IMG/VR virus record: IMGVR_UViG_3300009502_001749
Span: 1 to 64,000 of that record
From: a virus
Length of the DNA stretch: 64,000 nt
Strand: one strand, 5' to 3'
Part shown: piece by piece, positions 9,570 through 19,698 of the stretch
How positions within the stretch are numbered: the first letter of the stretch is position 1
Layout: every line of letters begins with the position of its first letter
Notes under the pieces: generated by a model
The model's input: the letters and a program-made list of their open reading frames with translations, nothing else
What the model was told of the DNA's origin: nothing
Database searches by the model: none
Translations under genes and position numbers: made by a program

Positions 9570-10463
9570 ATGAATATTCCGCCTTATGGAGATAGTTATA
9601 AAAGAGTAGGAGCTTATTTTTCAAATCTACAAGTTTCAGCAAAATCAACACCAAATATGACAGTTAAAATATCAGCTGGTGGTTATTGGTATTATTCAGC
9701 AACAGGAGCTACATATGTAGAATATGTTGGCGGAAGTTCTCCAACTATTACAGCTCCAACAGGTACTGGTAATGCAAAGTGGGTTATTATAGCAATGGGA
9801 CCAAGTGGAGTTGTTTCCAATATTGATGGTGCAGCTGCTTCAAATCCTGTTTTACCAACGGTTCCTGGAAGAGCAAGAATACCTCTTGCTGCTATTTATA
9901 TTCAAACTGGAACAACAACAATTACAAATGATATGATTTATGATGTTAGACCAATGTTTCCATTGGAAGTAAGAGATCATAGAGATTTAGAAGGATTAAC
10001 ATCAACAGGTTCACATCCAATTTCTGCAATCTCAAATCTTACTGAGACTATTGCTAATCTTGTTACATCTTCAGCATTAACAACACTTCTTGCCGATAAA
10101 GCAGATCAAGATGGAACAAATGATACTACTTTTACTTTAAATAAAGATTATAGTGGTGCTCCTGCTTCAGATTGTTTATTTGAAGTTGAAAGAGGTAGTG
10201 GTGATAATGTTGGTATTAAATGGCATGAAGATATATCAAAGTGGCAATTTACTGATGATGGAACAAATTGGATAAATTTTGGAGATCTTTTTATAAATAC
10301 AGGAACACAAGAATTGAATATGTTAGTATATTCACAGAATGCAGAACCAACTTTGACAGTTGGAAATGTAGCGTTATGGATAGATACTAACAATTCAGAT
10401 AAAGTGTATTTGATTTATAGTAGGGGCTCTGCAGATCAAGTAAAAGTTGAATTAACTCAGTAA
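9570..10463 (+). CDS. Putative tail fibre/virion protein; paralogue of 8547
   Basis: Colinear similarity to 8547 over about 235 aa, different C-terminus. Confidence 0.6.
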   Translation: MNIPPYGDSYKRVGAYFSNLQVSAKSTPNMTVKISAGGYWYYSATGATYVEYVGGSSPTITAPTGTGNAKWVIIAMGPSGVVSNIDGAAASNPVLPTVPGRARIPLAAIYIQTGTTTITNDMIYDVRPMFPLEVRDHRDLEGLTSTGSHPISAISNLTETIANLVTSSALTTLLADKADQDGTNDTTFTLNKDYSGAPASDCLFEVERGSGDNVGIKWHEDISKWQFTDDGTNWINFGDLFINTGTQELNMLVYSQNAEPTLTVGNVALWIDTNNSDKVYLIYSRGSADQVKVELTQ

Positions 10464-10615
10464 AAGTTCTTATTGACTACACATTAATTTTGTAAACCCT
10501 TTACATTTTTTTAGTCAGGTTTAGACACATAACTATATTTATAGAAAGGTAAATGTGGTTATGATGTCGTAAATCTGATTATAGAGTTAAATAAGATTAG
10601 AGAGGAGATCTAATT

Positions 10616-11308
10616 ATGGCTAATCAAGAAATTGATAGTTTATCAAAATCTTGTTCAATTTCAGGTTGTACTGGTAAATATAAAGCTAAAGGGTTTTGCG
10701 GAAGACATTTACAACAAATTTATAAATATGGAGAAATTATAAACATTGGAAGAAGTAAATTAGATTCTAATGAAATTATTATAGAAAATAATATAGCTAA
10801 AATGAAATTATATGATCATAATGGAAATCAAATTGAAGAGACTATTTTTGATTCTAAATATGTTAATATCATATCACAATATAAATGGCATTTATTTACA
10901 TCAACAAAATATGTTGGTGGTGGTTGGAAAGATAATGATGTTTGGAAAGATATGTTATTACATAGATTTTTATTATATTTAGAAGATGGAAAATTTGATA
11001 CTGAAGTTGATCATAAAGATGGAAATAGATTAAATAATTTAATTAGTAATTTACGTAGATGTACTATTCAACAAAATAATCAAAATGCTAAGAAAACATC
11101 AAAAATAACATCTAGTAAATATAAAGGTGTTAATTTTTCTACGTATCATATGAAATTTAAAGCTTCCATTTCCGTTAATAAAATAAGTATATATTTAGGA
11201 ATTTTTTCATCAGAAATTGATGCAGCTAAAGCTTATAATGAAGCTGCTATAAAATATTTTGGTGAGTTTGCTTGGTTAAATAAATTTGAAGAGGTGAATC
11301 AATTATGA
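10616..11308 (+). CDS. Free-standing HNH endonuclease with AP2 DNA-binding domain
   Basis: LHRF..VDHKDGNRLNN..SNLR..QN (HNH); SKYKGV..YLGIF..EIDAAKAYNEAAIKYFGEFA (AP2); N-terminal CSISGC..GFCGRH. Confidence 0.9.
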   Translation: MANQEIDSLSKSCSISGCTGKYKAKGFCGRHLQQIYKYGEIINIGRSKLDSNEIIIENNIAKMKLYDHNGNQIEETIFDSKYVNIISQYKWHLFTSTKYVGGGWKDNDVWKDMLLHRFLLYLEDGKFDTEVDHKDGNRLNNLISNLRRCTIQQNNQNAKKTSKITSSKYKGVNFSTYHMKFKASISVNKISIYLGIFSSEIDAAKAYNEAAIKYFGEFAWLNKFEEVNQL

Positions 11309-11646
11309 GTAATCAATTTAAAGTTCAGGAAGCTGTGACCTTCTCACAGCAATCTCCACCTGAAACATTTAGACTTATGGATGTAACAATTCAAATCGTT
11401 CCTGTTGCATATGAACATGGAATGGTTATAGCTGAGAGTGAAGTTGTTGATCTTGAAGTTGCTGGAGAAGTTAATATCTTTATTTTAAATTGTGCTTCTG
11501 GGGTGAGTTTAAAGATAGGAAGTACAACAAACCCAGCGTTAACCAATGTTACACATTTTTCATATCAAGGAGCTAAAACAAGTTTTTATGTTTCTAATGC
11601 TGGAACAGAAGATATTACTATTAGTTTTGCTACTGCTAGTATCTAA
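11305..11646 (+). CDS. Hypothetical (possibly structural) protein
   Basis: ORF with RBS. Confidence 0.5.
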   Translation: MSNQFKVQEAVTFSQQSPPETFRLMDVTIQIVPVAYEHGMVIAESEVVDLEVAGEVNIFILNCASGVSLKIGSTTNPALTNVTHFSYQGAKTSFYVSNAGTEDITISFATASI

Positions 11647-11656
11647 AGAGGTAATA

Positions 11657-11860
11657 ATGATTAGTATAAGTTATTTATTTGAGAATCCAAATGTACAATC
11701 AGAACATCCAAGTGGACTTGTTGCTCCATTTGGAAGTTATAATCCGAGAAAAGATAATGATGATAGATTAGCAAAGTTACAAGATCTGAATAAATTTTCT
11801 CCGGATCAACAAACTAAAAGATTACGTGATGTTGGAGTTAATATTAATGATTTCATGTAA
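11657..11860 (+). CDS. Small protein with MISISYLFE leader
   Basis: GAGG before ATG 11657; ORF-track start 11546 overlaps the upstream gene. Confidence 0.65.
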   Translation: MISISYLFENPNVQSEHPSGLVAPFGSYNPRKDNDDRLAKLQDLNKFSPDQQTKRLRDVGVNINDFM

Positions 11861-11873
11861 TTAAGGAAAGATT

Positions 11874-13502
11874 ATGCTGATACACAATTTTTATGCTGAC
11901 TTATTACTTTCAGTAAGAGTTTTATTTGATAATTTTATATTTCAGAATGATCAATATATAAAAAGATATGAATTCAATGTGGGTAATAGAAGCTTTCAGA
12001 TGCCTAAAGATTTTAAAACACAATTTGAATTTCCAAATGTTATAGCAACTATTAATGATGAAATGCCAGCGTTTGGTCAACGTCCAGATGTATCACAAAC
12101 TATTTCTGGTTATAATGTTGATCAGGTTCCAGTTTTGTATAATTCAACAAATGAAAATGTTTTATATCTTCAGGAAGAACTTGTAACAGTTCCAATCTCT
12201 ATAATAATAAATTGTGAATCACCATTACAAGCAAAAGAAGTTGGAAATGTTATAAGACGATGGCTACCTTATAATAAGTTTATTCAATTTTTGGAGTATA
12301 CTTCATTTTTAGAAATTTCAAAACCATTTCTTGCCGATAATGGTTTTGATTTTAATAGTGATAACATTTCAAATCTTTATACAAAATTAAATCATCGCGA
12401 TGGTGAAATTTATAATTGTTTTTCAGTACAATATAAACCTTTTATTAGAATGGATGGTGTAGGCTCAACAATTCCAGATTCAACTCAAAGATCTTTTCAA
12501 GTGAGTGTTGATTTAACTTATATGGTTCAATTTCCTTTATGGCTTTTTAGTAACATAAAAGAAGGAACTATTGAAAGAATTGATATTGCTTTTAATATGG
12601 GTACTTTTGAGACTATAGCTGATTATCCATCGGCAAAATTAGTAAATCAATCTCTTAGTACAGTTCTTAATTTGAGAAAAGGTTATATACGAAGAAATTA
12701 TTTAGTTTATGATAATAATTCAACTGAAAATATTATCATGTTGGATAATTTATTATTAGATGTTAATATGGTAACGGCAAAAACATCAAAGTTAGAAGCA
12801 ACAAGAAAAGCTACAAATTTTGTTTATATAACTGTTAATGGAGATGAAACCTGCCGATATAAAGCAAACACTAATAATCTACCAATTGATGGTTTAACAA
12901 TTCCAATAGATGCTGATTATTATTTAATAGTTACAAGTGATGATTATGGAAATTTAAATATTGGGTATAGAAAGAAAGGAAAAGATTTAGTTATTCAATT
13001 TAGTAAAGATGATTTTATAATAGAACCAAGATATACATATAATTTACTTTGTAGATCTACAAGAATAATAAATTTTTTAGAATATCAACTAGATACCAAT
13101 TTAAATTATGTAACATTTTCAATTTCTGAAAGTTTATGGGCAAGTCTTTCTCCATCATTAACAAGTCCATTAATAGTTCAATTTTATGATGATGATTTTG
13201 AACAATCACATCAATATGGTGGAATAGCACCAGTATTAAACAATATTAAAGTAGCTCAAAAAAGTTCAAGTTCTGCAACTATTACATGGACATCTAGTTC
13301 TGAAACAACAACTTGTGTTGAATATGGACCAACTGCAGAATATGGATACTTTTCAGAAATTAAAACAGATTATGTACAAACACATAATTCAATAATTTAT
13401 TCTTTACAACCTTTTACTTTTTATCATTATCGAATTAATACAACTGATATTGATGGAAATGAAATTATATCTGATAATTATACATTTACAACAAGTCCTT
13501 AG
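11874..13502 (+). CDS. Putative neck/tail-completion-type virion protein with C-terminal fibronectin-III-like domain
   Basis: SATITWTS..VEYG..H...I..LQPFTFYHYRI (FN3-like); N-terminal role inferred only. Confidence 0.45.
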   Translation: MLIHNFYADLLLSVRVLFDNFIFQNDQYIKRYEFNVGNRSFQMPKDFKTQFEFPNVIATINDEMPAFGQRPDVSQTISGYNVDQVPVLYNSTNENVLYLQEELVTVPISIIINCESPLQAKEVGNVIRRWLPYNKFIQFLEYTSFLEISKPFLADNGFDFNSDNISNLYTKLNHRDGEIYNCFSVQYKPFIRMDGVGSTIPDSTQRSFQVSVDLTYMVQFPLWLFSNIKEGTIERIDIAFNMGTFETIADYPSAKLVNQSLSTVLNLRKGYIRRNYLVYDNNSTENIIMLDNLLLDVNMVTAKTSKLEATRKATNFVYITVNGDETCRYKANTNNLPIDGLTIPIDADYYLIVTSDDYGNLNIGYRKKGKDLVIQFSKDDFIIEPRYTYNLLCRSTRIINFLEYQLDTNLNYVTFSISESLWASLSPSLTSPLIVQFYDDDFEQSHQYGGIAPVLNNIKVAQKSSSSATITWTSSSETTTCVEYGPTAEYGYFSEIKTDYVQTHNSIIYSLQPFTFYHYRINTTDIDGNEIISDNYTFTTSP

Positions 13503-13513
13503 GGAGGAAGTTT

Positions 13514-13774
13514 ATGGTTTCGATTGTTATGGAGTTTGATTTTGGTGAAGCAGGTGAAAATATTATAGGTGGAGTTAAAAAATTAGGAACAGGAGTAGGT
13601 CAAGCAATTGGAACTGGAACTGGATATGTTGGACAAGGGTTACAGAAACTTGGTCAATATGCTCAAGAAGGTGGACAATTAATAAAAAGAAATCCATTAA
13701 CATCTACAGCAATTTTAGGTGGAGCTGCTATTGGTGGTGGAATTATGGCGAAAAGGAGAAAACAAAGTTTTTAG
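13514..13774 (+). CDS. Gly-rich leader-family protein (MVSIVME) with C-terminal hydrophobic helix and basic tail
   Basis: NPLTSTAILGGAAIGGGIMAKRRK. Confidence 0.6.
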   Translation: MVSIVMEFDFGEAGENIIGGVKKLGTGVGQAIGTGTGYVGQGLQKLGQYAQEGGQLIKRNPLTSTAILGGAAIGGGIMAKRRKQSF

Positions 13775-13782
13775 GAGTTATT

Positions 13783-14211
13783 ATGATATCTATAATTTAT
13801 GAATTTTTAGGATTTCAATCTTATAATGATTATAAAAGAGAACGAGCTGAAAAAGGAAGAGAATCTTTAAGTAATGATATAAATGAAAAAATCGCAGAGA
13901 GAGAACAAAAAATTGCAGAAAAAACAAATTTAACAAAGAAATTTAATGATGATAAAGATGTTATGAATTCACATTTAAAGTCTGGAAAGATTACACAACA
14001 GGAACATGCAGAATATTTAAAACAACATAAAAGTCTAAAAAAATCTGCAGGAATAATTGATGATGTTCCTTCAACACCAAAACCATCTGGAGGAATTACA
14101 GACGCTATTTCTGATCATCCAATATTAGCTGGTGCCGCTGGAGCACTTGGTGTTGGATTAATTGCTAAAAAATTAATAGATAATAAAAATAGAAAACCAC
14201 AATATGCTTAA
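13783..14211 (+). CDS. Leader-family protein (MISIIYE) with C-terminal Gly/Ala helix
   Basis: HPILAGAAGALGVGLIAKK. Confidence 0.6.
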   Translation: MISIIYEFLGFQSYNDYKRERAEKGRESLSNDINEKIAEREQKIAEKTNLTKKFNDDKDVMNSHLKSGKITQQEHAEYLKQHKSLKKSAGIIDDVPSTPKPSGGITDAISDHPILAGAAGALGVGLIAKKLIDNKNRKPQYA

Positions 14212-14237
14212 AAATAATTTTTCGGAGGTACAATTTT

Positions 14238-14759
14238 ATGAGTTTAGATATTAATAAAGTTATTATGGAAGCAACAAATAGTCTTTTGGAAACTACAAAA
14301 CCATCAGATGATAAAGGTGATAAGGCACAGACTGGAGCTGATAAGAATAGTTATCATGTTGGAGATGATAAAGTTCCTGGTGAGCCAACATCTGCAACAA
14401 AAGAAGTAACAGAGAATAAAGATATCGTTACAGAAGGAAAAAAAGTTGGTAAAGTAGATTATGAACCAGGTCCTTATGGTTCAGCTAATGTTGGAAAAGG
14501 TTACAGTGAACATGATTCAGAAATGCCAAAACAACATAGTTATCATGATTCAGATAATCCATCAGCAGTTAGTGAAATTGGTAGAAAAGCTTCAAGAGTA
14601 GTTGGTAATACTGTTCATGGTGCTATTGATGCAGTTAAACAGGAACCAATTGCAACTGGTACAGCAGCAGCTATCGCAGCTGGTCTTGGCGCAGTAGCGT
14701 TGGCAAAGAAACTCAGAAAAGAGAAAAAGAAATCAACACTTGTAAAAGCTAAAGCGTAA
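14238..14759 (+). CDS. Putative head-internal protein with C-terminal Gly/Ala helix
   Basis: N-terminal VIME; AAGLGAVALAKKLR identical to 14792. Confidence 0.55.
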   Translation: MSLDINKVIMEATNSLLETTKPSDDKGDKAQTGADKNSYHVGDDKVPGEPTSATKEVTENKDIVTEGKKVGKVDYEPGPYGSANVGKGYSEHDSEMPKQHSYHDSDNPSAVSEIGRKASRVVGNTVHGAIDAVKQEPIATGTAAAIAAGLGAVALAKKLRKEKKKSTLVKAKA

Positions 14760-14791
14760 AAAAGAAATAAATAATATATGGAGGTTTTAAA

Positions 14792-15073
14792 ATGAATCTT
14801 AGTAAAATTATAGACGAATCGGTAAAAACTGTTATTAATGATGTTAATGTTGATGATGCTGTTGATACTTTGAAAAAAGCTGTTAAAAGTGCTAAAGGAA
14901 AATTTGAAAATAGTGCAACTGATGATGTTGCTAGTAAACTTGGTTATATATCAAAAGGAAAAGCAGCTTTAGGTGCAGGTGGTGCTGGTGCAGCTGGTAT
15001 TGCAGCCGGTCTTGGTGCAGTTGCTTTAGCGAAGAAACTTCGTCAGAAAAAGAAAGCTGCGGCTAAGGCATAA
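14792..15073 (+). CDS. Putative head-internal protein with C-terminal Gly/Ala helix
   Basis: N-terminal IIDE; AAGLGAVALAKKLR. Confidence 0.55.
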   Translation: MNLSKIIDESVKTVINDVNVDDAVDTLKKAVKSAKGKFENSATDDVASKLGYISKGKAALGAGGAGAAGIAAGLGAVALAKKLRQKKKAAAKA

Positions 15074-15096
15074 AAATAAGTTTGAGGAGTCAATTT

Positions 15097-15759
15097 ATGA
15101 AATTAAATATGATTAAATTCATAACAGAAGATAATTCAGGTATATATAAACAAGCAGAAGATGCTGGTAAAAAAGCAAATGAAGAATTAACTTCAGGTAT
15201 ATCTAAAGGAGTTAAAAAAGCTTCTAATGCTGTTGAAGCTAAATTAGGATCTGGTGTTGAATCTGCTATAGATGCTGGTAAATCTCTTGAAAGAAAAGCT
15301 GGAGGTTTTACATTTAGTCTTCTGGGACAAAATAAAGCAACAGAAGATGCAAAACAAGCAGCTGATCTTGGTACTCGAATGGGAAAAGTAGCTGGTAAAA
15401 AATCTGTAAAAGCTTTAGCTGCAAAAGAAGAAGCAGGAAAAGATTTCCTACAGATTCCAAAGAAACCAATTAAAGCTAGTTTATTAGATAAAACTGATAA
15501 AGAGATTATGGCTTCTAAAGCTCGTCAAACAAAAGCTGAAGTCCAAGACGAATTATCAAAATCAGCAGTTCGTCAGAAAGATGCAGAAAGTGGAATAGTT
15601 GATTTTAAAACAAAAGCAATTAATAAAGGTAAATCTCTTTTAAAATCAGTTGAAGATATGCCAACAAATCACAAACTAGCAGCTGCTGTTGCTGCTGGAG
15701 CTTTAGCTGTTGGTGGTAATATGTTATATAATAACAAAAAGAAAAAAGCTTATGCTTAA
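15097..15759 (+). CDS. Lys/Ala-rich putative head-internal protein
   Basis: GAGGAG before ATG 15097; FITE near N-terminus; LAAAVAAGALAVGG..KKKK tail. Confidence 0.55.
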   Translation: MKLNMIKFITEDNSGIYKQAEDAGKKANEELTSGISKGVKKASNAVEAKLGSGVESAIDAGKSLERKAGGFTFSLLGQNKATEDAKQAADLGTRMGKVAGKKSVKALAAKEEAGKDFLQIPKKPIKASLLDKTDKEIMASKARQTKAEVQDELSKSAVRQKDAESGIVDFKTKAINKGKSLLKSVEDMPTNHKLAAAVAAGALAVGGNMLYNNKKKKAYA

Positions 15760-15792
15760 AATAATAAACAAATAACAATGGAGGTTATTAAT

Positions 15793-16092
15793 ATGTTAGA
15801 CAGAATTAATGCACTTATGGAAAGTGAAGATACACAGAAACTTTTGACTGAAAATGAGCAGTTGCTTACTGAAGCAGTAGGAGAAACTGTACAGTTTTCT
15901 AATACGTTGAAGGCATTCGTAATTAAACATCCTGATGAATTTCTTGGCGAAAGCACACAGGAAACATACAAAAATATTAGATTGTTTTCTGAAGTAGCAA
16001 CTTCACAGTTTCTTACCGAAGTTACACATGTTTATGGATCACAGATTCCAGTTCCAGTTCAGGAAGGGGATGCATTAAACGATTATCTGTAA
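15793..16092 (+). CDS. Acidic prohead core/scaffold-like protein
   Basis: Repeated L-x-E sites (LME, LTE, LTE). Confidence 0.4.
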   Translation: MLDRINALMESEDTQKLLTENEQLLTEAVGETVQFSNTLKAFVIKHPDEFLGESTQETYKNIRLFSEVATSQFLTEVTHVYGSQIPVPVQEGDALNDYL

Positions 16093-16104
16093 AAAGAGGG
16101 TGTT

Positions 16105-16356
16105 ATGCCAATTAGAACAATCAGCGAAAATTCAGATTTAGTTTTACCTGCTTTGGCCGCTGGTATAGCAGCTTATGCTGGTCATAAGCTTTACAAAAAA
16201 TATAAACAAAAACAATTATTTAAAAAGTATGGTATTAAAGAAGAGCCGAAAAAAGATGTTAATCCTGATGATGAAGATATTAAAAGAGATATGGCTTATT
16301 ATATTGCTGCAGATTTGCCAACACATCTTGCTTATTCATCACAAGTAAAGAGGTAG
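16105..16356 (+). CDS. Small membrane-anchored protein
   Basis: ISE then LPALAAGIAAYAGHKLYKKYK. Confidence 0.55.
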   Translation: MPIRTISENSDLVLPALAAGIAAYAGHKLYKKYKQKQLFKKYGIKEEPKKDVNPDDEDIKRDMAYYIAADLPTHLAYSSQVKR

Positions 16357-16358
16357 AT

Positions 16359-16580
16359 ATGGTGTCTGTAATTGGATATTTAAATGAGGGTAAGGTTTGG
16401 TCTTCTATAAAGTCTAGTTTTGCTAATCTTTTTGGTGGACCAACAAAAGTTAAAAAATCTGAATTAACTTCAAATGATAAAATTAATAATGCAGAAGCAA
16501 CATATCGTAGATTAACACCTAAATCTTTGGCATCTTCAAGAAATAAGCTTGGTTATAAACCTAAAAAAACAACAGTTTAA
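16359..16580 (+). CDS. Small basic leader-family protein (MVSVIGYLNE)
   Basis: RBS GAGG; leader variant. Confidence 0.55.
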   Translation: MVSVIGYLNEGKVWSSIKSSFANLFGGPTKVKKSELTSNDKINNAEATYRRLTPKSLASSRNKLGYKPKKTTV

Positions 16581-16593
16581 ACCTAAAAAGAAA

Positions 16594-16628
16594 TATCGGC
16601 AAGATCTTATAAATAGATCTTGCCGATA
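16594..16628. repeat. Conserved intergenic palindrome, copy 2, between convergent genes
   Basis: TATCGGCAAGATCT-TATAAAT-AGATCTTGCCGATA. Confidence 0.9.
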
Positions 16629-16632
16629 AAAT

Positions 16633-17973
16633 TTAATTATTTATCATTATTTGTGAGATGTTGGTATAACTTGAATCGAATGATATTAATTTTCCACCTT
16701 TTGTTATAATGAAAGTTAAAGGAATATTATTTCTGATCCAATTATAATCTTTGTAATAACTACCAATATCAGAATACATGTCTGTTAAACTTATAACCAT
16801 ACTTAATTCATCTTTATTTTTATCCCAGTATTCTTTTTCAACAAATTCAAAAACATATCTATGAGATGTTCCACCACGACCTTGATAACCTTCTTTTTTG
16901 AGGAACTCATAGAACATGTTAATATTTTCTAAATTAAATATTTTCTGTTGATGAATTTGTACATCATGTGTAATTAAATGAATTTCTTTAAAAAATCTCA
17001 TACTATTTTCTACTACATTTGAAAATTGTTTAAGATTTTTATCAGAAATTGAACCAGATGTATCTACAAATATTATTAATGTTCCAACACCTTCAATATC
17101 TTCTGTAAGAGAATATCCTGGAAGTATTAAACCATGTGGGATATATATTTTATTTAAATTTCTCCATGATCTATCATCTGGTTTCATAATAATATTTGTT
17201 TTAATTGATTTTTCAACTAGACGTTCCCAAGGAATTTCTACTTTTAAAAGTTCTTCTAAATAAGTAGTTAAATATCCTGGTAAGTCACCTTTTGATTTTA
17301 TTGTTTCAAAAACAGCTCTTGCTTCAGAAATTAATTGATTGAGCTGATAAATGGCTTCTGGAGAATCAGTCATATCTTCTTTTTCAGATTGTGAAAGATC
17401 ATCTGTCATTTCAAATAATATATTTCCATTTTGATCTTTTACAACTATTGTATCTGGACTATCTCCATCTCCCAATTCAACTTCAATCTCAATAAATTTT
17501 TCATTTTTTACTAACCAATCATATGCTTTTTCTACAGAACAATTAGGCTCTTCTGATTCTAATCTTTCTACGATATTGTATCTATTTTGATATGGTTTTA
17601 TAAGATGAGATAAATTTTTTCTAAGGTAAACTTCAATAACATGATCTGCTGCAACACACCAAATTTTATGGATTCTATCATCTTTTCTTAATCCATGTCT
17701 ATTTAGTATGTGTAGAAGTTCATGACAAAGAAGATATACTAAATGTATAAAAGTATAATCTAATTTATTTAAATAAATTTCATTTAAATGAATCTTGCCG
17801 CTCTCAATGGTTGATAAATCTTTTTCATTAAATACAACATATCCTTCCATTGACGGATGAAATTCATAAACTGTCCAATCAAATCTATGAAGCATCATAC
17901 CGAAAAAGATTAATTCTTTTGTGAATAATTTTATTTTACTTAATTTAATTAACTCATTAATTTTTGGAGTCAT
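16633..17973 (-). CDS. Metallopeptidase-like (HExxH) + vWA domain protein (DUF2201-like)
   Basis: LCHELLHIL..H; VDTSGSI MIDAS; GRGGTS; LTDMY. Confidence 0.85.
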   Translation of the reverse strand: MTPKINELIKLSKIKLFTKELIFFGMMLHRFDWTVYEFHPSMEGYVVFNEKDLSTIESGKIHLNEIYLNKLDYTFIHLVYLLCHELLHILNRHGLRKDDRIHKIWCVAADHVIEVYLRKNLSHLIKPYQNRYNIVERLESEEPNCSVEKAYDWLVKNEKFIEIEVELGDGDSPDTIVVKDQNGNILFEMTDDLSQSEKEDMTDSPEAIYQLNQLISEARAVFETIKSKGDLPGYLTTYLEELLKVEIPWERLVEKSIKTNIIMKPDDRSWRNLNKIYIPHGLILPGYSLTEDIEGVGTLIIFVDTSGSISDKNLKQFSNVVENSMRFFKEIHLITHDVQIHQQKIFNLENINMFYEFLKKEGYQGRGGTSHRYVFEFVEKEYWDKNKDELSMVISLTDMYSDIGSYYKDYNWIRNNIPLTFIITKGGKLISFDSSYTNISQIMINN

Positions 17974-17976
17974 TAT

Positions 17977-19218
17977 TTATACACCAGACATTAATTGATT
18001 GATTTCGTTTACTGATGATAAAATTTCTGTAGATCTGGAAGGATCAATTTTTTGAATTTCCATCAATATTTTAACAACAATATTTTTCTTATTTAATGTT
18101 TTTTCTAATTGTTTCATTTCTTTGAGCATCATAATAGAAAGTTCAGGTGCATGTATCATAAAAAGATCAATCAAATATGCTAAATTTTGTGTATATTTAG
18201 ATCTATCTTCTTTACCAATATAATTTGTTATTAATGCGTATGCTAAAGCATATCTTTTAACTGCATCGTTTGGAAGTTCATAATTTGTAGCATCCATTAA
18301 AATAGTGTCGATATCAAATTCTGAATAAACTTTATAATAAAGTACAAAGTCGCTTGCTCCTTCTTTTCCAACATAACCTGTTCCAAGATAAGAACATATG
18401 TCTGAAGAAATTGTTTTATTGTACCACTGTTCTCTTATTGCAAGTTCTCTGGCAAAACGAGTCCAAGATCTTGGAGATCCCCAAGCTTGATCGACTTGTT
18501 CTTCTTCATGGAAATATTTTCTATATTGATTATGTCCAAGAAATGAAATAACTGATGGATGAACATTTGTACCTTCTGTTAAAGCATAATTAGTTTTCCA
18601 ACCGTCAAAATCCGTATAAACTGGCATCATAACACATCTGTTAATGATAGCACTAAATATTGTTTTAGCACCTGATTTGTTAGATGTATTTCCTGCCATA
18701 ACAATTGCAACATTTGATGGAAGTTTATAACCTCTCAATGTGCGTTCTGTTAAAAGTTCATACAAAAGAGCCATGTGAACTGGACTTAAAAGATGTGAAT
18801 CATCAAGTAACCAAATAGTAAGTTTTGGTTCATCTTTTATTTCTTCTTCACCTTTTGCATTTTTTACTTTTACTTTTTTAGTTTCACTTGCTAGATAATA
18901 CAATGCTTTCATAATATCTGGAAAAGACCAAATTGTTCCAAGCATTGGTTTTCCATTTATTATGATATTTTCAAATTGTGGGATACCACCTGTTTCTTCA
19001 AGTGGCTTTAATGCTAAATGTGTAGATAAAACTCCAAAATTATATTGTGTACTTAAATAATGTAAGCTTGCTGTTTTTCCACCGCCTGGCGCACCACAAA
19101 TAAAAGGTGTACCAACATCATAACCACGTACTTGTAGATAACAATTTTCAACTACAAGACTAACGACTTCATGTAAAGCCTTTGCTCCTTTTGTAAACTG
19201 TTCATTATCTGTTAACAT
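17977..19218 (-). CDS. MoxR-like AAA+ ATPase
   Basis: GAPGGGKT Walker A, IVMAGN, AIINR, SPRSW; adjacent vWA partner. Confidence 0.85.
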   Translation of the reverse strand: MLTDNEQFTKGAKALHEVVSLVVENCYLQVRGYDVGTPFICGAPGGGKTASLHYLSTQYNFGVLSTHLALKPLEETGGIPQFENIIINGKPMLGTIWSFPDIMKALYYLASETKKVKVKNAKGEEEIKDEPKLTIWLLDDSHLLSPVHMALLYELLTERTLRGYKLPSNVAIVMAGNTSNKSGAKTIFSAIINRCVMMPVYTDFDGWKTNYALTEGTNVHPSVISFLGHNQYRKYFHEEEQVDQAWGSPRSWTRFARELAIREQWYNKTISSDICSYLGTGYVGKEGASDFVLYYKVYSEFDIDTILMDATNYELPNDAVKRYALAYALITNYIGKEDRSKYTQNLAYLIDLFMIHAPELSIMMLKEMKQLEKTLNKKNIVVKILMEIQKIDPSRSTEILSSVNEINQLMSGV

Positions 19219-19266
19219 TATGCCTCCTTAGGTTTTTTATGAAACAAAAATAATTATAACATTATT

Positions 19267-19274
19267 ATTTCTAT
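19267..19274 (-). promoter_or_regulatory. Putative phage promoter motif ATAGAAAT driving the MoxR/vWA operon
   Basis: Reverse strand reads CATATAGAAAT-AATAATGT-TATAAT. Confidence 0.45.
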
Positions 19275-19314
19275 ATGAAATGTTTGAAAACTAAATTTTT
19301 AGAGGGTTAATAGG

Positions 19315-19686
19315 ATGGCAGAACAACAAGTAAATGTGAAAGAGTATTATCAATTTCAACCTTATGATGTCAAAAAAGTTTTTTCAGAATTTTCTAAACC
19401 AATTTTAGATAACATATTTTTTAATAATTTAGCAACATTAAGAATGAATGCAGATTATATTAATTTTAAAGTAGACAAATGGCAATATCGACCAACAGTT
19501 TTTTGTAATGATATTTATAATGAACCACAATTATTTCCGGTGATCATGTTAGTTAATAATATTAAAAGTTTTTTAGAGTTTATTCCTGAATATTTTCCAA
19601 GAGTTCGGGAACCACCGTATCAAAGTTATGTAATAATTGCACCTTACCGTTCCGAAATTAAAAGAATATTGAATTTTGTTTCATAG
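19315..19686 (+). CDS. Putative baseplate wedge protein (T4 gp53/LysM-like)
   Basis: YRPTVFCNDIYNEPQLFPVIMLVNNI resembles RP....Y......I...N.I. Confidence 0.45.
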   Translation: MAEQQVNVKEYYQFQPYDVKKVFSEFSKPILDNIFFNNLATLRMNADYINFKVDKWQYRPTVFCNDIYNEPQLFPVIMLVNNIKSFLEFIPEYFPRVREPPYQSYVIIAPYRSEIKRILNFVS

Positions 19687-19698
19687 GAGTTTTGGTAT

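Noticed and set aside
16608-16615. T4 late promoter TATAAATA in the palindrome loop
   Set aside because: Only one of six loops matches exactly and no correctly oriented gene follows; not consistently found before structural genes
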